DNA from: Auanema rhodensis
Taxonomy: Eukaryota > Animalia > Nematoda
Assembly: GCA_964057225.1 (NCBI GenBank)
Contig: OZ059895.1
Span: 19,468,001 to 19,532,000, forward strand
Direction of reading: 5' to 3'
DNA: 64,000 nt
Under the pieces are notes generated by a model. It had not been told where the DNA came from. It saw only the letters and a list, made by a program, of their open reading frames with translations, and did not search any database. The position numbers and the translations under genes were made by a program. How positions within the stretch are numbered: the stretch's first letter is position 1; the number at the start of each line of letters is the position of its first letter. Of the stretch, positions 44,801-60,660 are shown piece after piece.

Positions 44801-47800
44801 AATTTGTTTTAAGACTAATATGGACATGAGAAATCTAATTTTGAAAACCGCATCTCTTTATCTTTCACGTGAAGCGAGTTACATATCAAGTGCACGTCAC
44901 GTGTACACTTAATTAGCATAAATTAAAGTTCACGTAAATTTCAAAGTCATGGTTAACATGCACCAATATCAATAAAAATTTGTTTTAACACTAATGTGGA
45001 CATGGGGAATCTAATTTTGAAAACTGCATCTCTTTATCTTTCACGTGAAGCGAGTTACATACCAAGAGCACATCACGTGTACACTTAATTAGCATAAATT
45101 AAAGTTCACGTAAATTTCAAAGTCATGGTTACCATGCACCAATATCAATAAAAATTTGTTTTTAGACTAATATGGACATGGGGAATCTAATTTTGAAAAC
45201 CACATCTCTTTATCTTTCACGTGAAGCGAGTTACATACCAAGTGCACATCACGTGTACATTTAATTAGCATAAATTAAAGTTCACGTAAATTTCAAAGTC
45301 GTGGTTAACATGCACCAATATCAATAAAAATTTGTTTTTAGACTAATATGGACATGGGAATCTAATTTTGAAAACCACATCTCTTTATCTTTCACGTGAA
45401 GCGAGTTACATACCAAGTGCACATCACGTGTACATTTAATTAGCATAAATTAAAGTTCACGTAAATTTCAAAGTCATGGTTACCATGCACCAATATCAAA
45501 AAAAATTTGTTTTAAGACTAATATGGACATGAGAAATCTAATTTTGAAAACCGCATCTCTTCATCTTTCACGTGAAACGAGTTACATATCAAGTGCACAT
45601 CACGTGTACACTTAATTAGCATAAATTAAAGTTCACGTAAATTTCAAAGTCATGGTTAACATGCACCAATATTAATAAAAATTTGTTTTAAGACTAATAT
45701 GGACATGGGGAATCTAATTTTGAAAACTGCATCTCTTTATCTTTCACGTGAAGCGAGTTACATACCAAGTGCACATCACGTGTACATTTAATTAGCATAA
45801 ATTAAAGTTCACGTAAATTTCAAAGTCATGGTTAACATGCACCAATATCAATAAAAATTTTTTTTAGACTAATATGGACATGGGGAATCTAATTTTGAAA
45901 ACCGCATCTCTTTATCTTTCACGTGAAGCGAGTTACATACCAAGTGCACATCACGTGTACACTTAATTAGCATAAATTAAAGTTCACGTAAATTTCAAAG
46001 TCATGGTTACCATGCACCAATATCAATAAAAATTTGTTTTTAGACTAATATGGACATGGGGAATCTAATTTTGAAAACCACATCTCTTTATCTTTCACGT
46101 GAAGCGAGTTACATACCAAGTGCACATCACGTGTACATTGAATTAGCATAAATTAAAGTTCACGTAAATTTCAAAGTCATGGTTACCATGCACCAATATC
46201 AATAAAAATTTGTTTTTAGACTAATATGGACATGGGGAATCTAATTTTGAAAACCGCATCTCTTCATCTTTCACGTAAAGCGAGTTACATATCAAGTGCA
46301 CATCACGTGTACACTTAATTAGCATAAATTAAAGTTCACGTAAATTTCAAAGTCATGGTTAACATGCACCAATATCAATAAAAATTTGTTTTTAGACTAA
46401 TATGGACAGGGGGAATCTAATTTTGAAAACCGCATCTCTTCATCTTTCACGTGAAGCGAGTTACATATCAAGTGCACATCACGTGTACACTTAATTAGCA
46501 TAAATTAAAGTTCACGTAAATTTCAAAGTCATGGTTAACATGCACCGATATCAATAAAAAATTTTTTTAGACTAATATGGACATGGGGAATCTAATTTTG
46601 AAAACCGCATCTCTTTCTCTTTGACGTGAAGCGAGTTACATACCAAGTGCACATCACGTGTACACTTAATTAGCATAAATTAAAGTTCACGTAAATTTCA
46701 AAGTCATGGTTACCATGCACCAATATCAATAAAAATTTGTTTTTAGACTAATATGGACATGGGGAATCTAATTTTGAAAACCACATCTCTTCATCTTTCA
46801 CGTGAAGCGAGTTACATACCAAGTGCACATCACGTGTACATTGAATTAGCATAAATTAAAGTTCACGTAAATTTCAAAGTCATGGTTACCATGCACCAAT
46901 ATCAATAAAAATTTGTTTTTAGACTAATATGGACATGGGGAATCTAATTTTGAAAACCGCATCTCTTTATCTTTCACGTGAAGCGAGTTACATACCAAGT
47001 GCACATCACGTGTACATTTAATTAGCATAAATTAAAGTTCACGTAAATTTCAAAGTCATGGTTACCATGCACCAATATCAATAAAAATTTGTTTTAAGAC
47101 TAATATGGACATGGGGAATCTAATTTTGAAAACCGCATCTCTTTATCGTTCACGTCAAGCGAGTTACATACCAAGTGCACATCACGTGTACATTTAATTA
47201 GCATAAATTAAAGTTCACGTAAATTTCAAAGTCGTGGTTACCATGCACCAATATCAAAAAAAATTTGTTTTAAGACTAATATGGACATGAGAAATCTAAT
47301 TTTGAAAACCGCATCTCTTCATCTTTCACGTGAAGCGAGTTACATATCAAGTGCACATCACGTGTACACTTAATTAGCATAAATTAAAGTTCACGTAAAT
47401 TTCAAAGTCATGGTTAACATGCACCAATATCAATAAAAATTTGTTTTAAGACTAATATGGACATGAGAAATCTAATTTTGAAAACCGCATCTCTTTATCT
47501 TTCACGTGAAGCGAGTTACATATCAAGTGCACGTCACGTGTACACTTAATTAGCATAAATTAAAGTTCACGTAAATTTCAAAGTCATGGTTAACATGCAC
47601 CAATATCAATAAAAATTTGTTTTAACACTAATGTGGACATGGGGAATCTAATTTTGAAAACTGCATCTCTTTATCTTTCACGTGAAGCGAGTTACATACC
47701 AAGAGCACATCACGTGTACACTTAATTAGCATAAATTAAAGTTCACGTAAATTTCAAAGTCATGGTTACCATGCACCAATATCAATAAAAATTTGTTTTT

Positions 47801-49740
47801 AGACTAATATGGACATGGGGAATCTAATTTTGAAAACCACATCTCTTTATCTTTCACGTGAAGCGAGTTACATACCAAGTGCACATCACGTGTACATTTA
47901 ATTAGCATAAATTAAAGTTCACGTAAATTTCAAAGTCGTGGTTAACATGCACCAATATCAATAAAAATTTGTTTTTAGACTAATATGGACATGGGAATCT
48001 AATTTTGAAAACCACATCTCTTTATCTTTCACGTGAAGCGAGTTACATACCAAGTGCACATCACGTGTACATTTAATTAGCATAAATTAAAGTTCACGTA
48101 AATTTCAAAGTCATGGTTACCATGCACCAATATCAAAAAAAATTTGTTTTAAGACTAATATGGACATGAGAAATCTAATTTTGAAAACCGCATCTCTTCA
48201 TCTTTCACGTGAAACGAGTTACATATCAAGTGCACATCACGTGTACACTTAATTAGCATAAATTAAAGTTCACGTAAATTTCAAAGTCATGGTTAACATG
48301 CACCAATATTAATAAAAATTTGTTTTAAGACTAATATGGACATGGGGAATCTAATTTTGAAAACTGCATCTCTTTATCTTTCACGTGAAGCGAGTTACAT
48401 ACCAAGTGCACATCACGTGTACATTTAATTAGCATAAATTAAAGTTCACGTAAATTTCAAAGTCATGGTTAACATGCACCAATATCAATAAAAATTTTTT
48501 TTAGACTAATATGGACATGGGGAATCTAATTTTGAAAACCGCATCTCTTTATCTTTCACGTGAAGCGAGTTACATACCAAGTGCACATCACGTGTACACT
48601 TAATTAGCATAAATTAAAGTTCACGTAAATTTCAAAGTCATGGTTACCATGCACCAATATCAATAAAAATTTGTTTTTAGACTAATATGGACATGGGGAA
48701 TCTAATTTTGAAAACCACATCTCTTTATCTTTCACGTGAAGCGAGTTACATACCAAGTGCACATCACGTGTACATTGAATTAGCATAAATTAAAGTTCAC
48801 GTAAATTTCAAAGTCATGGTTACCATGCACCAATATCAATAAAAATTTGTTTTTAGACTAATATGGACATGGGGAATCTAATTTTGAAAACCGCATCTCT
48901 TCATCTTTCACGTAAAGCGAGTTACATATCAAGTGCACATCACGTGTACACTTAATTAGCATAAATTAAAGTTCACGTAAATTTCAAAGTCATGGTTAAC
49001 ATGCACCAATATCAATAAAAATTTGTTTTTAGACTAATATGGACAGGGGGAATCTAATTTTGAAAACCGCATCTCTTCATCTTTCACGTGAAGCGAGTTA
49101 CATATCAAGTGCACATCACGTGTACACTTAATTAGCATAAATTAAAGTTCACGTAAATTTCAAAGTCATGGTTAACATGCACCGATATCAATAAAAAATT
49201 TTTTTAGACTAATATGGACATGGGGAATCTAATTTTGAAAACCGCATCTCTTTCTCTTTGACGTGAAGCGAGTTACATACCAAGTGCACATCACGTGTAC
49301 ACTTAATTAGCATAAATTAAAGTTCACGTAAATTTCAAAGTCATGGTTACCATGCACCAATATCAATAAAAATTTGTTTTTAGACTAATATGGACATGGG
49401 GAATCTAATTTTGAAAACCACATCTCTTCATCTTTCACGTGAAGCGAGTTACATACCAAGTGCACATCACGTGTACATTGAATTAGCATAAATTAAAGTT
49501 CACGTAAATTTCAAAGTCATGGTTACCATGCACCAATATCAATAAAAATTTGTTTTTAGACTAATATGGACATGGGGAATCTAATTTTGAAAACCGCATC
49601 TCTTTATCTTTCACGTGAAGCGAGTTACATACCAAGTGCACATCACGTGTACATTTAATTAGCATAAATTAAAGTTCACGTAAATTTCAAAGTCATGGTT
49701 ACCATGCACCAATATCAATAAAAATTTGTTTTAAGACTAA
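41900..49740 (+). repeat. Three tandem copies of a 13-15-monomer block; offsets 2285 and 2637
   Basis: TCGTTCACGTCAAG at 42234, 44519 and 47156. TAACACTAATGTGG and CAAGAGCAC occur in each copy. GGACAGGGGG at 46409/49046. Confidence 0.92.
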
Positions 49741-52700
49741 TATGGACATGAGAAATCTAATTTTGAAAACCGCATCTCTTCATCTTTCATGTGAAGCGAG
49801 TTACATATCAAGTGCACATCACGTGTACACTTAATCAGCATAAATTAAAGTTCACGTAAATTTCAAAGTCATGGTTAACATGCACCAATATCAATAAAAA
49901 TTTGTTTTTAGACTAATATGGACATGGGGAATCTATTTTTGAAAACCGCATCTCTTCATCTTTCACGTGAAGCGAGTTACATACCAAGTGCACATCACGT
50001 GTACACTTAATTAGCATAAATTAAAGTTCACGTAAATTTCAAAGTCATGGTTACCATGCACCAATATCAATAAAAATTTGTTTTAAGACTAATATGGACA
50101 TGAGAAATCTAATTTTGAAAACCGCATCTCTTCATCTTTCACGTAAAGCGAGTTACATATCAAGTGCACATCACGTGTACACTTAATTAACATAAATTAA
50201 AGTTCACGTAAATTTCAAAGTCATGGTTAACATGCACCAATATCAATAAAAATTTGTTTTTAGACTAATATGGACATGGGGAATCTAATTTTGAAAACCG
50301 CATCTCTTTATCTCTCACGTGAAGCGAGTTACATACCAAGTGCACATCACGTGTACATTTAATTAGCATAAATTAGAGTTCACGTAAATTTCAAAGTCAT
50401 GGTTACCATGCACCAATATCAATAAAAATTTGTTTTAAGACTAATATGGACATGAGAAATCTAATTTTGAAAACCGCATCTCTTCATCTTTCACGTGAAG
50501 CGAGTTACATACCAAGTGCACATCACGTGTACACTTAATTAGCATAAATTAAAGTTCACGTAAATTTCAAAGTCATGGTTACCATGCACCAATATCAATA
50601 AAAATTTGTTTTAAGACTAATATGGACATGAGAAATCTAATTTTGAAAACCGCATCTCTTTCTCTTTGACGTGAAGCGAGTTACATACCAAGTGCACATC
50701 ACGTGTACACTTAATTAGCATAAATTAAAGTTCACGTAAATTTCAAAGTCATGGTTACCATGCACCAATATCAATAAAAATTTGTTTTAAGACTAATATG
50801 GACATGAGAAATCTAATTTTGAAAACCGCATCTCTTTCTCTTTGACGTGAAGCGAGTTACATACCAAGTGCACATCACGTGTACATTTAATTAGCATAAA
50901 TTAGAGTTCACGTAAATTTCAAAGTCATGGTTACCATGCACCAATATCAATAAAAATTTGTTTTTAGACTAATATGGACATGGGGAATCTAATTTTGAAA
51001 ACCACATCTCTTTATCTTTCACGTGAAGCGAGTTACATACCAAGTGCACATCACGTGTACATTGAATTAGCATAAATTAAAGTTCACGTAAATTTCAAAG
51101 TCATGGTTACCATGCACCAAGATCAAAAAAAATTTGTTTTAAGACTAATATAGACATGAGAAATCTAATTTTGAAAACCGCATCTCTTCATCTTTCACGT
51201 GAAGCGAGTTACATATCAAGTGCACATCACGTGTACACTTAATTAGCATAAATTAAAGTTCACGTAAATTTCAAAGTCATGGTTAACATGCACCAATATC
51301 AATAAAAATTTGTTTTAAGACTAATATGGACATGGGGAATCTAATTTTGAAAACTGCATCTCTTTATCTTTCACGTGAAGCGAGTTACATACCAAGTGCA
51401 CATCACGTGTACATTTAATTAGCATAAATTAAAGTTCACGTAAATTTCAAAGTCATGGTTAACATGCACCAATATCAATAAAAATTTTTTTTAGACTAAT
51501 ATGGACATGGGGAATCTAATTTTGAAAACCGCATCTCTTTATCTTTCACGTGAAGCGAGTTACATACCAAGTGCACATCACGTGTACACTTAATTAGCAT
51601 AAATTAAAGTTCACGTAAATTTCAAAGTCATGGTTACCATGCACCAATATCAATAAAAATTTTTAGATTAATATGGACATGGGGAATCTAATTTTGAAAA
51701 CCACATCTCTTTATCTTTCACGTGAAGCGAGTTACATACCAAGTGCACATCACGTGTACATTGAATTAGCATAAATTAAAGTTCACGTAAATTTCAAAGT
51801 CATGGTTACCATGCACCAATATCAATAAAAATTTGTTTTTAGACTAATATGGACATGGGGAATCTAATTTTGAAAACCACATCTCTTTATCTTTCACGTG
51901 AAGCGAGTTACATACCAAGTGCACATCACGTGTACATTTAATTAGCATAAATTAAAGTTCACGTAAATTTCAAAGTCATGGTTAACATGCACCAATATCA
52001 ATAAAAATTTGTTTTTAGACTAATATGGACATGGGGAATCTAATTTTGAAAACCGCATCTCTTTATCGTTCACGTCAAGCGAGTTACATACCAAGTGCAC
52101 ATCACGTGTACATTTAATTAGCATAAATTAAAGTTCACGTAAATTTCAAAGTCGTGGTTACCATGCACCAATATCAATAAAAATTTGTTTTAAGACTAAT
52201 ATGGACATGAGAAATCTAATTTTGAAAACCGCATCTCTTCATCTTTCATGTGAAGCGAGTTACATATCAAGTGCACATCACGTGTACACTTAATCAGCAT
52301 AAATTAAAGTTCACGTAAATTTCAAAGTCATGGTTAACATGCACCAATATCAATAAAAATTTGTTTTTAGACTAATATGGACATGGGGAATCTAATTTTG
52401 AAAACCACATCTCTTCATCTTTCACGTGAAGCGAGTTACATACCAAGTGCACATCACGTGTACACTTAATTAGCATAAATTAAAGTTCACGTAAATTTCA
52501 AAGTCATGGTTACCATGCACCAATATCAATAAAAATTTGTTTTAAGACTAATATGGACATGAGAAATCTAATTTTGAAAACCGCATCTCTTCATCTTTCA
52601 CGTAAAGCGAGTTACATATCAAGTGCACATCACGTGTACACTTAATTAACATAAATTAAAGTTCACGTAAATTTCAAAGTCATGGTTAACATGCACCAAT

Positions 52701-55700
52701 ATCAATAAAAATTTGTTTTTAGACTAATATGGACATGGGGAATCTAATTTTGAAAACCGCATCTCTTTATCTCTCACGTGAAGCGAGTTACATACCAAGT
52801 GCACATCACGTGTACATTTAATTAGCATAAATTAGAGTTCACGTAAATTTCAAAGTCATGGTTACTATGCACCAATATCAATAAAAATTTGTTTTAAGAC
52901 TAATATGGACATGAGAAATCTAATTTTGAAAACCGCATCTCTTCATCTTTCACGTGAAGCGAGTTACATACCAAGTGCACATCACGTGTACACTTAATTA
53001 GCATAAATTAAAGTTCACGTAAATTTCAAAGTCATGGTTACCATGCACCAATATCAATAAAAATTTGTTTTAAGACTAATATGGACATGAGAAATCTAAT
53101 TTTGAAAACCGCATCTCTTTCTCTTTGACGTGAAGCGAGTTACATACCAAGTGCACATCACGTGTACATTTAATTAGCATAAATTAGAGTTCACGTAAAT
53201 TTCAAAGTCATGGTTACCATGCACCAATATCAATAAAAATTTGTTTTAAGACTAATATGGACATGAGAAATCTAATTTTGAAAACCGCATCTCTTCATCT
53301 TTCACGTGAAGCGAGTTACATACCAAGTGCACATCACGTGTACACTTAATTAGCATAAATTAAAGTTCACGTAAATTTCAAAGTCATGGTTACCATGCAC
53401 CAATATCAATAAAAATTTGTTTTAAGACTAATATGGACATGAGAAATCTAATTTTGAAAACCGCATCTCTTTCTCTTTGACGTGAAGCGAGTTACATACC
53501 AAGTGCACATCACGTGTACATTTAATTAGCATAAATTAGAGTTCACGTAAATTTCAAAGTCATGGTTACCATGCACCAATATCAATAAAAATTTGTTTTT
53601 AGACTAATATGGACATGGGGAATCTAATTTTGAAAACCACATCTCTTTATCTTTCACGTGAAGCGAGTTACATACCAAGTGCACATCACGTGTACATTGA
53701 ATTAGCATAAATTAAAGTTCACGTAAATTTCAAAGTCATGGTTACCATGCACCAAGATCAAAAAAAATTTGTTTTAAGACTAATATAGACATGAGAAATC
53801 TAATTTTGAAAACCGCATCTCTTCATCTTTCACGTGAAGCGAGTTACATATCAAGTGCACATCACGTGTACACTTAATTAGCATAAATTAAAGTTCACGT
53901 AAATTTCAAAGTCATGGTTAACATGCACCAATATCAATAAAAATTTGTTTTAAGACTAATATGGACATGGGGAATCTAATTTTGAAAACTGCATCTCTTT
54001 ATCTTTCACGTGAAGCGAGTTACATACCAAGTGCACATCACGTGTACATTTAATTAGCATAAATTAAAGTTCACGTAAATTTCAAAGTCATGGTTAACAT
54101 GCACCAATATCAATAAAAATTTTTTTTAGACTAATATGGACATGGGGAATCTAATTTTGAAAACCGCATCTCTTTATCTTTCACGTGAAGCGAGTTACAT
54201 ACCAAGTGCACATCACGTGTACACTTAATTAGCATAAATTAAAGTTCACGTAAATTTCAAAGTCATGGTTACCATGCACCAATATCAATAAAAATTTTTA
54301 GATTAATATGGACATGGGGAATCTAATTTTGAAAACCACATCTCTTTATCTTTCACGTGAAGCGAGTTACATACCAAGTGCACATCACGTGTACATTGAA
54401 TTAGCATAAATTAAAGTTCACGTAAATTTCAAAGTCATGGTTACCATGCACCAATATCAATAAAAATTTGTTTTAAGACTAATATGGACATGAGAAATCT
54501 AATTTTGAAAACCGCATCTCTTTCTCTTTGACGTGAAGCGAGTTACATACCAAGTGCACATCACGTGTACATTTAATTAGCATAAATTAGAGTTCACGTA
54601 AATTTCAAAGTCATGGTTACCATGCACCAATATCAATAAAAATTTGTTTTTAGACTAATATGGACATGGGGAATCTAATTTTGAAAACCGCATCTCTTTA
54701 TCGTTCACGTCAAGCGAGTTACATACCAAGTGCACATCACGTGTACATTTAATTAGCATAAATTAAAGTTCACGTAAATTTCAAAGTCGTGGTTACCATG
54801 CACCAATATCAATAAAAATTTGTTTTAAGACTAATATGGACATGAGAAATCTAATTTTGAAAACCGCATCTCTTCATCTTTCATGTGAAGCGAGTTACAT
54901 ATCAAGTGCACATCACGTGTACACTTAATCAGCATAAATTAAAGTTCACGTAAATTTCAAAGTCATGGTTAACATGCACCAATATCAATAAAAATTTGTT
55001 TTTAGACTAATATGGACATGGGGAATCTAATTTTGAAAACCACATCTCTTCATCTTTCACGTGAAGCGAGTTACATACCAAGTGCACATCACGTGTACAC
55101 TTAATTAGCATAAATTAAAGTTCACGTAAATTTCAAAGTCATGGTTACCATGCACCAATATCAATAAAAATTTGTTTTAAGACTAATATGGACATGAGAA
55201 ATCTAATTTTGAAAACCGCATCTCTTCATCTTTCACGTAAAGCGAGTTACATATCAAGTGCACATCACGTGTACACTTAATTAACATAAATTAAAGTTCA
55301 CGTAAATTTCAAAGTCATGGTTAACATGCACCAATATCAATAAAAATTTGTTTTTAGACTAATATGGACATGGGGAATCTAATTTTGAAAACCGCATCTC
55401 TTTATCTCTCACGTGAAGCGAGTTACATACCAAGTGCACATCACGTGTACATTTAATTAGCATAAATTAGAGTTCACGTAAATTTCAAAGTCATGGTTAC
55501 TATGCACCAATATCAATAAAAATTTGTTTTAAGACTAATATGGACATGAGAAATCTAATTTTGAAAACCGCATCTCTTCATCTTTCACGTGAAGCGAGTT
55601 ACATACCAAGTGCACATCACGTGTACACTTAATTAGCATAAATTAAAGTTCACGTAAATTTCAAAGTCATGGTTACCATGCACCAATATCAATAAAAATT

Positions 55701-57430
55701 TGTTTTAAGACTAATATGGACATGAGAAATCTAATTTTGAAAACCGCATCTCTTTCTCTTTGACGTGAAGCGAGTTACATACCAAGTGCACATCACGTGT
55801 ACATTTAATTAGCATAAATTAGAGTTCACGTAAATTTCAAAGTCATGGTTACCATGCACCAATATCAATAAAAATTTGTTTTAAGACTAATATGGACATG
55901 AGAAATCTAATTTTGAAAACCGCATCTCTTCATCTTTCACGTGAAGCGAGTTACATACCAAGTGCACATCACGTGTACACTTAATTAGCATAAATTAAAG
56001 TTCACGTAAATTTCAAAGTCATGGTTACCATGCACCAATATCAATAAAAATTTGTTTTAAGACTAATATGGACATGAGAAATCTAATTTTGAAAACCGCA
56101 TCTCTTTCTCTTTGACGTGAAGCGAGTTACATACCAAGTGCACATCACGTGTACATTTAATTAGCATAAATTAGAGTTCACGTAAATTTCAAAGTCATGG
56201 TTACCATGCACCAATATCAATAAAAATTTGTTTTTAGACTAATATGGACATGGGGAATCTAATTTTGAAAACCACATCTCTTTATCTTTCACGTGAAGCG
56301 AGTTACATACCAAGTGCACATCACGTGTACATTGAATTAGCATAAATTAAAGTTCACGTAAATTTCAAAGTCATGGTTACCATGCACCAAGATCAAAAAA
56401 AATTTGTTTTAAGACTAATATAGACATGAGAAATCTAATTTTGAAAACCGCATCTCTTCATCTTTCACGTGAAGCGAGTTACATATCAAGTGCACATCAC
56501 GTGTACACTTAATTAGCATAAATTAAAGTTCACGTAAATTTCAAAGTCATGGTTAACATGCACCAATATCAATAAAAATTTGTTTTAAGACTAATATGGA
56601 CATGGGGAATCTAATTTTGAAAACTGCATCTCTTTATCTTTCACGTGAAGCGAGTTACATACCAAGTGCACATCACGTGTACATTTAATTAGCATAAATT
56701 AAAGTTCACGTAAATTTCAAAGTCATGGTTAACATGCACCAATATCAATAAAAATTTTTTTTAGACTAATATGGACATGGGGAATCTAATTTTGAAAACC
56801 GCATCTCTTTATCTTTCACGTGAAGCGAGTTACATACCAAGTGCACATCACGTGTACACTTAATTAGCATAAATTAAAGTTCACGTAAATTTCAAAGTCA
56901 TGGTTACCATGCACCAATATCAATAAAAATTTTTAGATTAATATGGACATGGGGAATCTAATTTTGAAAACCACATCTCTTTATCTTTCACGTGAAGCGA
57001 GTTACATACCAAGTGCACATCACGTGTACATTGAATTAGCATAAATTAAAGTTCACGTAAATTTCAAAGTCATGGTTACCATGCACCAATATCAATAAAA
57101 ATTTGTTTTTAGACTAATATGGACATGGGGAATCTAATTTTGAAAACCACATCTCTTTATCTTTCACGTGAAGCGAGTTACATACCAAGTGCACATCACG
57201 TGTACATTTAATTAGCATAAATTAAAGTTCACGTAAATTTCAAAGTCATGGTTAACATGCACCAATATCAATGAAAATTTGTTTTTAGACTAATATGGAC
57301 ATGGGGAATCTAATTTTGAAAACCGCATCTCTTTATCGTTCACGTCAAGCGAGTTACATACCAAGTGCACATCACGTGTACATTTAATTAGCATAAATTA
57401 AAGTTCACGTAAATTTCAAAGTCGTGGTTA
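49700..57430 (+). repeat. About three tandem copies of a 14/15-monomer block; offsets 2459 and 2635
   Basis: TTTCATGTG at 49790, 52249 and 54884. CCAAGATC at 51121, 53756 and 56391. TTTTTAGATTA at 51668, 54303 and 56938. GTTACTATG at 52866/55501. Confidence 0.92.
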
Positions 57431-60400
57431 CCATGCACCAATATCAAAAAAAATTTGTTTTAAGACTAATATGGACATGAGAAATCTAATTGTGAAAACC
57501 GCATCTCTTCATCTTTCACGTGAAGCGAGTTACATATCAAGTGCACATCACGTGTACACTTAATTAGCATAAATTAAAGTTCACGTAAATTTCAAAGTCA
57601 TGGTTAACATGCACCAATATCAATAAAAATTTGTTTTAAGACTAATATGGACATGAGAAATCTAATTTTGAAAACCGCATCTCTTTATCTTTCACGTGAA
57701 GCGAGTTACATATCAAGTGCACATCACGTGTACACTTAATTAGCATAAATTAAAGTTCACGTAAATTTCAAAGTCATGGTTAACATGCACCAATATCAAT
57801 AAAAATTTGTTTTAACACTAATGTGGACATGGGGAATCTAATTTTGAAAACTGCATCTCTTTATCTTTCACGTGAAGCGAGTTACATACCAAGAGCACAT
57901 CACGTGTACACTTAATTAGCATAAATTAAAGTTCACGTAAATTTCAAAGTCATGGTTACCATGCACCAATATCAATAAAAATTTGTTTTTAGACTAATAT
58001 GGACATGGGGAATCTAATTTTGAAAACCACATCTCTTTATCTTTCACGTGAAGCGAGTTACATACCAAGTGCACATCACGTGTACATTTAATTAGCATAA
58101 ATTAAAGTTCACGTAAATTTCAAAGTCGTGGTTAACATGCACCAATATCAATAAAAATTTGTTTTTAGACTAATATGGACATGGGAATCTAATTTTGAAA
58201 ACCACATCTCTTTATCTTTCACGTGAAGCGAGTTACATACCAAGTGCACATCACGTGTACATTTAATTAGCATAAATTAAAGTTCACGTAAATTTCAAAG
58301 TCATGGTTACCATGCACCAATATCAAAAAAAATTTGTTTTAAGACTAATATGGACATGAGAAATCTAATTTTGAAAACCGCATCTCTTCATCTTTCACGT
58401 GAAGCGAGTTACATATCAAGTGCACATCACGTGTACACTTAATTAGCATAAATTAAAGTTCACGTAAATTTCAAAGTCATGGTTAACATGCACCAATATT
58501 AATAAAAATTTGTTTTAAGACTAATATGGACATGGGGAATCTAATTTTGAAAACTGCATCTCTTTATCTTTCACGTGAAGCGAGTTACATACCAAGTGCA
58601 CATCACGTGTACATTTAATTAGCATAAATTAAAGTTCACGTAAATTTCAAAGTCATGGTTAACATGCACCAATATCAATAAAAATTTTTTTTAGACTAAT
58701 ATGGACATGGGGAATCTAATTTTGAAAACCGCATCTCTTTATCTTTCACGTGAAGCGAGTTACATACCAAGTGCACATCACGTGTACACTTAATTAGCAT
58801 AAATTAAAGTTCACGTAAATTTCAAAGTCATGGTTACCATGCACCAATATCAATAAAAATTTGTTTTTAGACTAATATGGACATGGGGAATCTAATTTTG
58901 AAAACCACATCTCTTTATCTTTCACGTGAAGCGAGTTACATACCAAGTGCACATCACGTGTACATTGAATTAGCATAAATTAAAGTTCACGTAAATTTCA
59001 AAGTCATGGTTACCATGCACCAATATCAATAAAAATTTGTTTTTAGACTAATATGGACATGGGGAATCTAATTTTGAAAACCGCATCTCTTCATCTTTCA
59101 CGTAAAGCGAGTTACATATCAAGTGCACATCACGTGTACACTTAATTAGCATAAATTAAAGTTCACGTAAATTTCAAAGTCATGGTTAACATGCACCAAT
59201 ATCAATAAAAATTTGTTTTTAGACTAATATGGACAGGGGGAATCTAATTTTGAAAACCGCATCTCTTCATCTTTCACGTGAAGCGAGTTACATATCAAGT
59301 GCACATCACGTGTACACTTAATTAGCATAAATTAAAGTTCACGTAAATTTCAAAGTCATGGTTAACATGCACCGATATCAATAAAAAATTTTTTTAGACT
59401 AATATGGACATGGGGAATCTAATTTTGAAAACCGCATCTCTTTCTCTTTGACGTGAAGCGAGTTACATACCAAGTGCACATCACGTGTACACTTAATTAG
59501 CATAAATTAAAGTTCACGTAAATTTCAAAGTCATGGTTACCATGCACCAATATCAATAAAAATTTGTTTTTAGACTAATATGGACATGGGGAATCTAATT
59601 TTGAAAACCACATCTCTTCATCTTTCACGTGAAGCGAGTTACATACCAAGTGCACATCACGTGTACATTGAATTAGCATAAATTAAAGTTCACGTAAATT
59701 TCAAAGTCATGGTTACCATGCACCAATATCAATAAAAATTTGTTTTTAGACTAATATGGACATGGGGAATCTAATTTTGAAAACCGCATCTCTTTATCTT
59801 TCACGTGAAGCGAGTTACATACCAAGTGCACATCACGTGTACATTTAATTAGCATAAATTAAAGTTCACGTAAATTTCAAAGTCATGGTTACCATGCACC
59901 AATATCAATAAAAATTTGTTTTAAGACTAATATGGACATGAGAAATCTAATTTTGAAAACCGCATCTCTTCATCTTTCATGTGAAGCGAGTTACATATCA
60001 AGTGCACATCACGTGTACACTTAATCAGCATAAATTAAAGTTCACGTAAATTTCAAAGTCATGGTTAACATGCACCAATATCAATAAAAATTTGTTTTTA
60101 GACTAATATGGACATGGGGAATCTATTTTTGAAAACCGCATCTCTTCATCTTTCACGTGAAGCGAGTTACATACCAAGTGCACATCACGTGTACACTTAA
60201 TTAGCATAAATTAAAGTTCACGTAAATTTCAAAGTCATGGTTACCATGCACCAATATCAATAAAAATTTGTTTTAAGACTAATATGGACATGAGAAATCT
60301 AATTTTGAAAACCGCATCTCTTCATCTTTCACGTAAAGCGAGTTACATATCAAGTGCACATCACGTGTACACTTAATTAACATAAATTAAAGTTCACGTA

Positions 60401-60660
60401 AATTTCAAAGTCATGGTTAACATGCACCAATATCAATAAAAATTTGTTTTTAGACTAATATGGACATGGGGAATCTAATTTTGAAAACCGCATCTCTTTA
60501 TCTCTCACGTGAAGCGAGTTACATACCAAGTGCACATCACGTGTACATTTAATTAGCATAAATTAGAGTTCACGTAAATTTCAAAGTCATGGTTACCATG
60601 CACCAATATCAATAAAAATTTGTTTTAAGACTAATATGGACATGAGAAATCTAATTTTGA
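57290..60660 (+). repeat. Copy of the ~47100-50470 block (about 19 monomers); offset 10190 = 58 monomers
   Basis: Markers at +10190: 47156/57346, GGACAGGGGG 49041/59231, TTTCATGTG 49790/59980. The AATTAACATA variant is also paired. Confidence 0.92.
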
